DNA from: a virus
Strand: one strand, 5' to 3'
IMG/VR virus record: IMGVR_UViG_3300045988_157232
Span: 1-28,645 of that record
DNA length: 28,645 bases
Numbering within the stretch: the stretch's first letter is position 1; each line of letters begins with the position of its first letter. Both the position numbers and the translations under genes were made by a program. A model generated the notes under the pieces. That model had not been told where the DNA came from. It ran no database searches and worked only from the letters and a program-made list of their open reading frames with translations. This document shows, piece by piece, positions 16,301 through 22,536 of this stretch.

Positions 16301-17079
16301 TGCCTACAAGGACAAGTCAACTTGAAAACGACAGCGGGTTTATAACAGCAAGTGACATACCGACTATCCCTACAAGGACTGGCGAACTCACGAACGACAG
16401 TGGTTTTATAACAGCGAGTGACATACCGACTATCCCTACCAAAACAAGTCAACTCGAAAATGACAGCAACTTTGCGAAAACGAATACTCCGAATAGTTGG
16501 GGAAGCACACAAACGTTTACTGCTTATGACGGCATAAAAACAAATCGTATATGTAACGCAGCTGGTACAAGTTTGGTTGATGGGACTGGCACTACAAATA
16601 AATTCGGGAATGGTAATATGCCAACCATTATTAAAACGAGTGGAGCAAGACCGAAAGCCGAAGTGCCTTACGCAGATGGTACTGTGACGAGAGAGATTGC
16701 GTTGCTGGAAGATATACCGTCTATGGTTATAGATTGGGTTGGTCCATCAGCAACAGAGCAAGTTATTACTGGAACCGGAATGCGTCAAATTTTTGCAGAA
16801 TTTACAGATACAGTTGGCGACGTTAGCACGCTTTACAAATTCTATGGCGAGATTTATGTCGATGGACAAAACGAAGTTAACGGAACAAGCAGCACGGTTT
16901 ATTCTACGAATACCGATGGAACAGAACTTCACGTTATTACAGTAACGCCTACAATACGCCGCAATACAGATAATCAATTTGTGCTTCGAGCAGAATGCTG
17001 TAGGTATACAATCGGAGCATCACCGATGTCAATAAATAAAAGCTATTTGAGTTTTGTTTTCCGCAAGAGACTTTATTAA
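13390..17079 (+). CDS. Tail fibre / receptor-binding protein. It has an N-terminal anchor, a coiled-coil stalk, a 7-repeat propeller, 22-aa tandem repeats and a C-terminal domain.
   Basis: 1229 aa with SD aaggag at 13373-13378. Fibre motifs are L.TT.K..V.AINEVD.H (x2), an Ala/Asn/Thr-rich stalk, seven W..VTYG.GKFVAV....AYSTDGI.WT repeats, and PT.TSQLENDSGFITASDIPTI repeats. Confidence 0.85.
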   Translation: MKVYLNKEYKCVKVEDNTFVANDSSNYIRYYFVTNANGDVIDKMDDNSVIYRNTEPSYVTVAFRRADGDVIQHLMASPKTDATGKSFFEYEITNTDGVLYKKGALEISAQFIEATLSEAGGVKKVISQKVKAIAINTAHVLDNIGEEAEEYYSQYEQANNDAHAVLQAQITTNFNNIGTLQELTTDAKDDLVKAINEVDAHADANKSEIGNLSTLTTDEKTTIVGAINEVDEHANTAQQTADNATVLANTGISKAEQAQATANNAVATANEAKTTAQTAENNANNAVDTANAANTTADEAKAIAQGSQRAIGFATLQAAITALNGYSNTQLKVGDNVYIVETGVPDLWVAAVEQNSVAYNYTTNDAFNDDLVENTLVQVGYYKFAYLESDGKPCTVAWQNMTVAASDWVASTEFEDFAYEAKIILSDFVNFSSIPQVVFGLTEATSGNYAPICKAGDKGVYIYSKVNTAITLPTVVTFAPNVHGASMQGGGYTNKGKWVASTTYEIDDLVYTDNGQYVCIEGITSTTSPEQDATHWQATFVATGKTKNTLTISGQDNGTGVQKTFDGSTAVEIAFDETTMTAKEVDGVLKVGAKGTIPEALPQEASAVKSGSLPTSGWSTLDEGWKQNTLPAGSKWTSVTYGDGKYVAVAESSSAGAYSTDGITWTTMSMPASKSWYDVTYGDGKFVAVAFISGAYSTDGITWTETTLPGTMEWQSVTYGGGKFVAVTSSSQNSAYSTDGINWTTMSMPRRNWRSVTYGDGKFVAVADGSSYSAYSTDGINWTEKSMPASRAWRSVTYGNGKFVAVANGTNFGAYSTDGIGWTGMTLPASRSWKSITYGNGKFVAVAIDSNKGAYSTDGINWTEFTLPASSSWRSVTYGDGKFVAVAANTANGVYQNTSSKSTYSITDTSITANSDILMELTDDGGVKSYSMEAGKITVIRDTVPTAAIPYTYKVKQTNASGQFTLVNHFVPTRTSQLENDSGFITASDIPTIPTRTGELTNDSGFITASDIPTIPTKTSQLENDSNFAKTNTPNSWGSTQTFTAYDGIKTNRICNAAGTSLVDGTGTTNKFGNGNMPTIIKTSGARPKAEVPYADGTVTREIALLEDIPSMVIDWVGPSATEQVITGTGMRQIFAEFTDTVGDVSTLYKFYGEIYVDGQNEVNGTSSTVYSTNTDGTELHVITVTPTIRRNTDNQFVLRAECCRYTIGASPMSINKSYLSFVFRKRLY
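15295..16080 (+). repeat. Seven tandem 38-40-codon coding repeats (beta-propeller blades) inside the fibre gene
   Basis: The repeat-initial Trp codons are at 15295, 15415, 15529, 15646, 15766, 15886 and 16006. A 32-nt stretch, gcatactctactgatggtataaactggacgga, is identical at 15709-15740 and 15949-15980. Confidence 0.9.
16303..16485 (+). repeat. About 2.7 tandem copies of a 66-nt (22-codon) coding repeat in the fibre gene
   Basis: Copies start at 16303, 16369 and 16435, encoding PTRTSQLENDSGFITASDIPTI, PTRTGELTNDSGFITASDIPTI and PTKTSQLENDSNF... Confidence 0.9.
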
Positions 17080-17103
17080 AATAAACTAAAAGGAGATAAA
17101 CAT

Positions 17104-17262
17104 ATGTACGGAATAAGTAACAGTCAACAACAAGGCGGGGGCGGTGTATCGTCCGAACTCGTTACCACATTAAAAGGGACGGAGATAATAAAGACTTTCG
17201 ACAACCTTGACGGATGCGAACTGACGAAAGGCGTTATCGCTGACGGGTATATCTATTGCTGA
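17104..17262 (+). CDS. 52-aa hypothetical protein (MYGISNSQQQGGGGVSSELV...)
   Basis: ATG 17104 is preceded by aaaaggag and the ORF fills the gap between the fibre gene and the next gene. It is below the ORF-track size cutoff. Confidence 0.5.
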   Translation: MYGISNSQQQGGGGVSSELVTTLKGTEIIKTFDNLDGCELTKGVIADGYIYC

Positions 17263-17295
17263 TATACAAAATACACAAATTAAAGGAGATACAAA

Positions 17296-18456
17296 ATGAC
17301 AACTTTAAGTAGTTTACCGATTGGGGCAAAAATAAAAGTACCACATTCCGTTATGGGTAATGTCATATTTTTGAAAGCCGACCAAAATCATGCGGGTTAT
17401 CCCGAAAACTCGACAACGCTCATCACGGACGAACTCATTTTATTGCGGGCATTTGACGCAAAAGAGCCGAACAATACGGACAGTGGTAGACGAGATTACG
17501 GCAACAACCGCTATTCCGTATCGAACATAGACCAGTGGTTGAATTCTACGGCTTCTGCAGGACAATGGTATTCACCTCAACACGATACAGACCAGTCACC
17601 GAACGGCATAAGCGTTGTATCACAAAACCCGTATGACACGGATGCAGGCTTTTTGAACGGCTTTGACGCACGGTTTATTGAGGCAATTCAAGACACCACA
17701 ATAAAAGTCGCACTCAACACAGTGACCGACGGTGGCGAGGCAGAAACTCTTGTTCGCAAAGTATTTTTACCATCAAAAGCAGAACTCTTTAATCAAGCCG
17801 AAAACTCGATTATGGAAGGCTCGCTGTTACAATATTTTCAGGCAAACACTAACGCTATTAGAATAGCGAAAATATCCACCTACGCTGCAGAAGACAATAA
17901 CAATAAAGGCTCGAAAAGTGTTACAGCGGGTACGGCTACGTACTATTGGATGAGAACGCCAGACTCGTCGCGCTCGGGCCGTGTTCGCTATGTCGGTTCG
18001 AGCGGTTCGCTGGGCTACTACGTTGCGTACAACGGTGACGTCGGGATTCGTCCGCTTTGTAATCTGAACTCTGAAACTCCCGTGTCAGACCAACCCGATA
18101 GCGACGGTTATTACTCATTGCTCTTGGATACACCTGTTTCAGAGAGCGAAATAGAACTTACCTACAATGTCAAAGAAACCGCAACAATGCCCACTGCTGT
18201 CAATGTCGAATTAGACCTTGTAAAGACCTTTGGTTGCTCTATAACGGTTGAAATTTGCAACAACGGCAACGATACCATCCCGGTGTGGGAAGACATTTCT
18301 ACAGTCGTTAAGTCTGGTGTAAACCATATCTTCGCAAACAAGACAAAGACAGCGGACAAATGGAAAGTGGTTATTAAAATTCATATCGTGCGAAATGGCA
18401 CGGTTGGCGATATAAAACTCTACGGAGTAAAGACTACATTCAAGGAAGAACTGTAA
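17296..18456 (+). CDS. DUF6273-like domain protein with a C-terminal beta-rich domain. Probable second host-recognition or tail-accessory protein.
   Basis: 386 aa with SD aaaggag. The pattern NRYSVSNIDQWLNS ... VFLPSKAEL ... YYWMRTPDSS...VRYVGSSG......GIRPLCNL matches the layout I associate with DUF6273. Confidence 0.6.
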   Translation: MTTLSSLPIGAKIKVPHSVMGNVIFLKADQNHAGYPENSTTLITDELILLRAFDAKEPNNTDSGRRDYGNNRYSVSNIDQWLNSTASAGQWYSPQHDTDQSPNGISVVSQNPYDTDAGFLNGFDARFIEAIQDTTIKVALNTVTDGGEAETLVRKVFLPSKAELFNQAENSIMEGSLLQYFQANTNAIRIAKISTYAAEDNNNKGSKSVTAGTATYYWMRTPDSSRSGRVRYVGSSGSLGYYVAYNGDVGIRPLCNLNSETPVSDQPDSDGYYSLLLDTPVSESEIELTYNVKETATMPTAVNVELDLVKTFGCSITVEICNNGNDTIPVWEDISTVVKSGVNHIFANKTKTADKWKVVIKIHIVRNGTVGDIKLYGVKTTFKEEL

Positions 18457-18467
18457 AGGAGTGACCT

Positions 18468-18941
18468 ATGGAACTGAACATTAAACTTATCGGAAACATC
18501 GGACGGCTTAATAAGCGAGAGCCGTTCATCATTGCGGACAATGAAAAACTTGTCCTTAACTTCTCTTGTGCAACACCGTTGACGGACTATTATATCGAAC
18601 TGCGAAACGGCGACAAATCGGCAAAATACAGGCTTAATGCCGTGTCCACTTATGAAGTGCCGAGCGAACTCTTGCAAGCGGGTACTTTGGAAGTTACGGT
18701 CAGCCTGTTGTATTGCGGTAAAATCGTCGTTACCTACACCGTCGAGCCTATCGTCATTGCGTTGATAGACAACGGATATAAAGGCTTTGCAGAACTCGAC
18801 GAAGTTAAGGCGAAATACGACCTGCTTATGGCGAATTACAACGAACTTGTTTCAAAGATAAATCAAGTCATCGACACCGCGAACAAACAGTCAGAAGATA
18901 TACAGAAACTGTACAACGCTGTCGAACAAGGCGAATTTTAA
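18468..18941 (+). CDS. Hypothetical protein (beta-rich N-terminus, coiled-coil C-terminus)
   Basis: 157-aa ORF with SD aaaggag. Confidence 0.7.
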   Translation: MELNIKLIGNIGRLNKREPFIIADNEKLVLNFSCATPLTDYYIELRNGDKSAKYRLNAVSTYEVPSELLQAGTLEVTVSLLYCGKIVVTYTVEPIVIALIDNGYKGFAELDEVKAKYDLLMANYNELVSKINQVIDTANKQSEDIQKLYNAVEQGEF

Positions 18942-19009
18942 GCGTGCTACCGCTCAAAAAATCTAACTGCTCTCGTCGGGTAGCAACGGCACGGGCAAAG
19001 GAGTAATTT

Positions 19010-19531
19010 ATGGTAACATTATCACTTACAGCAGAGCAAATCGACCAACTTCGCAACATTGCGGCAGTCGGCGGCAAATGGCTTATGGCGGCTTTCACCG
19101 CTCTCGGTGGGCTTGCAGGCATCGCAAAAATCATCACGACTTTTGTCGCAAGGAAGAAACCCGTCAAACTCAATCAATCAGACTACGAAGCAATCGCGAA
19201 CGCTATCGTCGATAAAACCAACGGCAGTATCGAAATCAATATGTCGTCCGAAATCGACAAGGCAACGCGTAACAGACTTACGGAAGTCGAAAAAGTCAAC
19301 GGCGAACTTGTCAAGGCTTGCAAACAACTTGTAAAATCGCAAAAAGCAATCGCAAACGCTGTTTCAGACTTTAAGACTATATCCACATCGGCGCGTGATG
19401 AACTCAAAGCAAGTATGAATGACCTTGCGGACGGCGAAAACGGGCTTGTGGCGGTCGAAACACCGAAAGTCGATAAACCTATCGTCAAAATAGAAAAAGT
19501 GGCAGAAAACGAAAATACGCCCTTGTATTAA
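19010..19531 (+). CDS. Single-pass membrane protein with a coiled-coil C-terminus (holin-like candidate)
   Basis: 173 aa with SD aaaggag. The TM segment is WLMAAFTALGGLAGIAKIITTFV, followed by RKKP. Confidence 0.6.
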   Translation: MVTLSLTAEQIDQLRNIAAVGGKWLMAAFTALGGLAGIAKIITTFVARKKPVKLNQSDYEAIANAIVDKTNGSIEINMSSEIDKATRNRLTEVEKVNGELVKACKQLVKSQKAIANAVSDFKTISTSARDELKASMNDLADGENGLVAVETPKVDKPIVKIEKVAENENTPLY

Positions 19532-19543
19532 GGGGGTGAGAGT

Positions 19544-20050
19544 ATGAAACGAAACCCGAAAACCATAATGTCGGCAATAATGGAGTACATTGTGCTTATT
19601 GCGCCGACTGCGGGCTATGCGATTTATTCGTACACCGATACTCTACAATACACGATGAGCGCGAACTCAAAAGGCTTTTTTTGGACACTTATTAGCCTTG
19701 CTATTCTTTGCGCTATAATCTACGGCATTTTTAAGTCAAGGTACGACGAGTATCTTAAAGGCTATTACCAACACAAAGCAGACTTGAAAGTCGCGGATAA
19801 CCCGTCGGAACTGTTAGTCAAGACCGTGGCGAAAGAAGAAAAGGTCGTATCGAATATAACCTACATTCCGATTATGTTTTATCTTCTTATGGCACTTGCT
19901 GTCTTGTCGGCGTTCCGCGATGCAATCGAAAAACTTGAACTCATTATCGAAATCATTGCGGCGAGCGTGTTCGGCAAAATGTGCTTGCATTGTCTTACCG
20001 TTCATTTAAGGGAAGTCGCGACTATCAAAAAGGACGGTGAGACCGAATGA
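19544..20050 (+). CDS. Multi-pass membrane protein (3-4 TM; holin-like candidate)
   Basis: 168 aa with SD agggggtgag. The hydrophobic segments are IMEYIVLIAPTAGYAIY, FFWTLISLAILCAIIYGIF and ITYIPIMFYLLMALAVLSAF. Confidence 0.6.
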   Translation: MKRNPKTIMSAIMEYIVLIAPTAGYAIYSYTDTLQYTMSANSKGFFWTLISLAILCAIIYGIFKSRYDEYLKGYYQHKADLKVADNPSELLVKTVAKEEKVVSNITYIPIMFYLLMALAVLSAFRDAIEKLELIIEIIAASVFGKMCLHCLTVHLREVATIKKDGETE

Positions 20051-21087
20051 GTAGCGAGAAAAAGAGAGTAGTGCTCGTTGGAAGTCGGATAACCATTAAC
20101 GCGGCAATAGCGTTGTGTATCACGACGGCGTTGATTTTGTCGAGTTTCTTTATCTTCAAAGGTATTGAAACGCAAGTATCGGGAAAAGACTTTTGGATAC
20201 AAAAATCGGTTATGGCGGTTGCTACATTCTTGTTGATGTTCTCCATTGCGAACGTAACCGAAAACATAATGCTCGCCAAAGACAAGGATATAAACGACCG
20301 ACTGAACGCGTTAGACACTCACTATCAGACCATTATGGCGAACTACGAAACCGCCGACTTGGAAACCTATATCGAGAACTTGAACAAAGCGAACAAGTAT
20401 AAAAATTATATCCATAAATGGAAGAAGAAACTCCGTTTTGCAAGTAGGTTTAAGAAGTGGGGAACTCCGAAAAGGCTTGAACGCATAAACAAAGCACTCA
20501 CCGTTACGGCAGAGGAACTGTGGGAAAGCGGGCAAAAAGTCAAGTATCATCGGATAACTTTCAGCCAAATGGTGAGCGGTGCGAACGATGTATCACCGAA
20601 CGATGACGAAAGCGATTTGCGGTCGCACAAAGCACGCTACGGCGCACAAAAATTCGGTTGGAAGATTTTATCACTCGTGGCTTTTGGAGCGTTCTCGGGG
20701 CAATTATTGTACTCGTGGCAAGACTTCAACAAGGGTATGATTATCCCACTGATTTTTCAGTGCATAACTATCCTGATATCTATCTATTCGGGGATATGCT
20801 TCGGATGTGCGATGAACGAGAGAACGAAACAGACCTTAAAGCGCAAGTTAAAGATTTTCTCGCAGTTTAGGTACAAGATGAACAACAAGGTTAACGGCGT
20901 TGCGAACTTGGGTGTGGAAGTAATCAAAGACCTTGAAGTCGAAAGAGCGAAAGAAAAATCAAATAACCCTATCAAGCGTACATTCGATGACACCTTTGGG
21001 AGCGGACAGCCCGTAAAAGCGGGAGCGTTCGTCGGAAAACTTATCTCGTCAACGGTTGATATTGAAGCAGAAAAACTTGCTAATTAA
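20047..21087 (+). CDS. Large membrane protein (about 4 TM with a basic cytoplasmic loop), function unknown
   Basis: 346 aa with an ATGA overlap. It is the last gene of the late operon and is followed by a terminator hairpin. Confidence 0.65.
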   Translation: MSSEKKRVVLVGSRITINAAIALCITTALILSSFFIFKGIETQVSGKDFWIQKSVMAVATFLLMFSIANVTENIMLAKDKDINDRLNALDTHYQTIMANYETADLETYIENLNKANKYKNYIHKWKKKLRFASRFKKWGTPKRLERINKALTVTAEELWESGQKVKYHRITFSQMVSGANDVSPNDDESDLRSHKARYGAQKFGWKILSLVAFGAFSGQLLYSWQDFNKGMIIPLIFQCITILISIYSGICFGCAMNERTKQTLKRKLKIFSQFRYKMNNKVNGVANLGVEVIKDLEVERAKEKSNNPIKRTFDDTFGSGQPVKAGAFVGKLISSTVDIEAEKLAN

Positions 21088-21091
21088 CAAG

Positions 21092-21171
21092 ACAAAACCC
21101 TCGGCATTTCGTCGGGGGCTTTGCTTTCCAAATCGGAGTGTAAAAATGATGTCAGTCGTTCGTGTGGCGAC
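21092..21171 (-). ncRNA. Candidate ~75-80-nt small RNA (promoter-to-terminator unit with no ORF)
   Basis: A perfect consensus promoter sits at 21178-21206 (minus strand) and the terminator hairpin about 75 nt downstream. There is no SD-preceded ORF in between, and the sequence does not fold like a tRNA. Confidence 0.3.
21098..21118. terminator. Convergent (bidirectional) terminator hairpin
   Basis: On the + strand, ccctcggc (21098-21105) pairs with gtcggggg (21111-21118), giving 6 Watson-Crick and 2 G-U pairs around a 5-nt loop, followed by ctttgctttcc. On the minus strand the G-U pairs become mismatches, but the stem is followed by TTTTG. Confidence 0.55.
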
Positions 21172-21177
21172 AATGGT

Positions 21178-21206
21178 ATTATAGCATAGTAATTAAGGCT
21201 TGTCAA
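21178..21206 (-). promoter_or_regulatory. Minus-strand promoter Pm2 (perfect TTGACA-17-TATAAT)
   Basis: The reverse complement reads ttgaca (21206-21201), agccttaattactatgc (17 nt), then tataat (21183-21178). Confidence 0.75.
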
Positions 21207-21351
21207 TACCAAACCATATTTTTTTTGCGTTTTCGGGCAATTTGTCAGGCTCGGCGGGCTTGATATTCGCAAAGTCCTTGTCGGGCGACTGCAACGCCTT
21301 TCGTATTTCTTCGATTTTCTTTTTGTCGGTGATGATAACGTTCTCGTTCAT
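21193..21351 (-). CDS. 52-aa ORF (MNENVIITDKKKIEEIRKALQSPDKDFANIKPAEPDKLPENAKKIWFGIDKP). The only plausible minus-strand coding region.
   Basis: ATG is the reverse complement of 21349-21351 and the stop is the reverse complement of 21193-21195. It lies downstream of promoter Pm1. It has no convincing Shine-Dalgarno site, unlike almost every other gene here. Confidence 0.35.
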   Translation of the reverse strand: MNENVIITDKKKIEEIRKALQSPDKDFANIKPAEPDKLPENAKKIWFGIDKP

Positions 21352-21424
21352 AATTATAGATTAAAGGCGACAAAGTGTTGCCACATCATCGCCTTACAAA
21401 GGGGGAAACTTAAATGATAATTTG

Positions 21425-21453
21425 ATTATAAGCGATTGTCCGCAAAAAGTCAA
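21425..21453 (-). promoter_or_regulatory. Minus-strand promoter Pm1 (TTGACT-17-TATAAT), divergent from P3
   Basis: The reverse complement reads ttgact (21453-21448), a 17-nt spacer, then tataat (21430-21425). Its leader contains the hairpin aaggcga/tcgcctt (21364-21370 with 21389-21395) and an inner gtg/cac stem. Confidence 0.75.
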
Positions 21454-21487
21454 GCATAAATTTTATAAAAAAATTGCAACAAAAGTA

Positions 21488-21516
21488 TTGACAAACGCTG
21501 AAAATGGGTGTATGAT
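21488..21516 (+). promoter_or_regulatory. Promoter P3 (TTGACA-17-TATGAT) for the replication module
   Basis: ttgaca at 21488-21493, a 17-nt spacer, and tatgat at 21511-21516. It shares the gggtgtat...taagagta context with P1 and P4. Confidence 0.75.
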
Positions 21517-21584
21517 ATAAGAGTAATCGATATTCGGTGAGTGATAGCATTGAGTATCGGCAACTGAATATCGGTTATCCATAA

Positions 21585-21637
21585 CCGCTTAAACAACCCC
21601 GCCTATCACAATAAGGGAAGTTTAAGTGGTTTTTTTT
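21585..21637 (+). terminator. Intrinsic-terminator-like hairpin plus T8 inside the P3 leader (candidate attenuator)
   Basis: ccgcttaaac (21585-21594) pairs with gtttaagtgg (21620-21629), giving 10 bp including one G-U pair. An inner ccc/ggg stem extends it, and eight T residues follow at 21630-21637. It lies about 60-110 nt downstream of the P3 start site and just upstream of ATG 21659. Confidence 0.5.
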
Positions 21638-21658
21638 ATGGATAAAAGGAGATTGCTT

Positions 21659-22534
21659 ATGGCAGAATACAACAAACAAAGGTATTATTGGATAAAACTT
21701 ACCGACCATTTTTTGACAAGCGACACGGTTGATTTTTTACTTTCGCAAAAGAACGGCGCAAACTATGTTGTACTGTATCAGATGCTTTGCTTAAAATCGG
21801 TAAACTCAAACGGCTTGCTTGCAAGACAAATCGGTGAAATCATTGTCCCCTACGATGTTGAAAAGATACAAAGAGATTGCAAACACTTTGATATTGACAC
21901 CGTTCGGGTGGCTTTGGAACTCTACAAGAAACTCGGGCTTGTCTATGAACAGCAAGACGGAATATTGCAGATTACGAATTTCGACAGGCTTATAGGAAGT
22001 CAAACAATTTCCGCCGAAAAGAAACAAATTCAAATCGCAAATAGGCAAAGTGGAAAACAAGGTGGAACAAAGGTGGAAAATTTTCCACCAGATATAAAGA
22101 TATTAAGAGATAAAGAGATAGATAATAAAGAGATAGATATTAAAGATATAGAAGAAAAAGACATAAATGTAGAAAAAGAAAGCCCGACGGACAAGCCGTC
22201 GTCGCCCGCTCCAAAACACAAGTATGGGCAATATAAGAATGTTTTATTGACTGAAAAAGAGTATAACACGCTTATCGGAATGACCGACGGAAAGGAAGCA
22301 ATAGACTTTTATAGCGAATATCGGGCTTATAAGGGTTATACGGCAAAGAGTGATTACTTGGCTATAAGAAAATGGGCGTTCAACGGGCTTAAAGAGCAAC
22401 GAGCAAAGAACGGCAAACAAACGGAAACTGTGCCGAAAGAAGAACTTATTAAAGGCAAGTACACAAGGGCGCAAGTCGAGGACTTTGCCCGACAATTAAA
22501 CATAAGTTATGAGAAAGCATTGGAGTGTTGTTAA
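21659..22534 (+). CDS. Phage replisome organiser (DnaD-like / replisome-organiser N-terminal domain)
   Basis: ATG 21659 is preceded by aaaaggag. The N-terminus YYWIKLTDHFLTSDTVDFLLSQKNGANYVVLYQMLCLKS...DTVRVALELYKKLGLV is typical of this family. A low-complexity KEIDNKEIDIKDIEEKD linker follows. Confidence 0.75.
   Translation: MAEYNKQRYYWIKLTDHFLTSDTVDFLLSQKNGANYVVLYQMLCLKSVNSNGLLARQIGEIIVPYDVEKIQRDCKHFDIDTVRVALELYKKLGLVYEQQDGILQITNFDRLIGSQTISAEKKQIQIANRQSGKQGGTKVENFPPDIKILRDKEIDNKEIDIKDIEEKDINVEKESPTDKPSSPAPKHKYGQYKNVLLTEKEYNTLIGMTDGKEAIDFYSEYRAYKGYTAKSDYLAIRKWAFNGLKEQRAKNGKQTETVPKEELIKGKYTRAQVEDFARQLNISYEKALECC
22091..22155 (+). repeat. Iteron-like AT-rich direct repeats inside the organiser gene (candidate origin)
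   Basis: taaagagatagata is exact at 22111-22124 and 22126-22139 (15-bp period). Degenerate copies flank it (gatataaagatatta, ttaaagatatagaag). Confidence 0.45.
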
Positions 22535-22536
22535 TT

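Noticed and set aside
15295-16485. Tandem repeats as a possible CRISPR array or as variable/template repeats of a diversity-generating retroelement
   Set aside because: The repeats are in-frame coding repeats of 114-120 nt and 66 nt, with no spacer-like unique inserts. No cas genes or reverse transcriptase exist in this complete genome, and the differences between copies are not adenine-specific.
19059-19334. 91-aa overlapping + strand ORF inside 19010-19531. The same applies to 7800-8018 inside the capsid gene and 13505-13756 inside the fibre gene.
   Set aside because: These are alternative-frame ORFs with a basic, low-complexity composition and no SD, embedded in better-supported genes.
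21092-21171. About 75-nt promoter-to-terminator unit as a tRNA
   Set aside because: No acceptor-stem complementarity, no GTTCRANYC-like T-loop and no D-loop consensus could be found. I kept it as a candidate sRNA instead.
21146-21184. 12-codon + strand ORF (MMSVVRVATMVL) with a ggag 7 nt upstream
   Set aside because: It lies downstream of the late-operon terminator with no + strand promoter. It is more likely a coincidence within the minus-strand sRNA and promoter region.
21084-21272. 62-aa minus-strand ORF from the track
   Set aside because: It has no SD, starts inside the 52-codon ORF, and spans promoter Pm2 and the terminator hairpin. The region is better explained by regulatory elements and a noncoding transcript.
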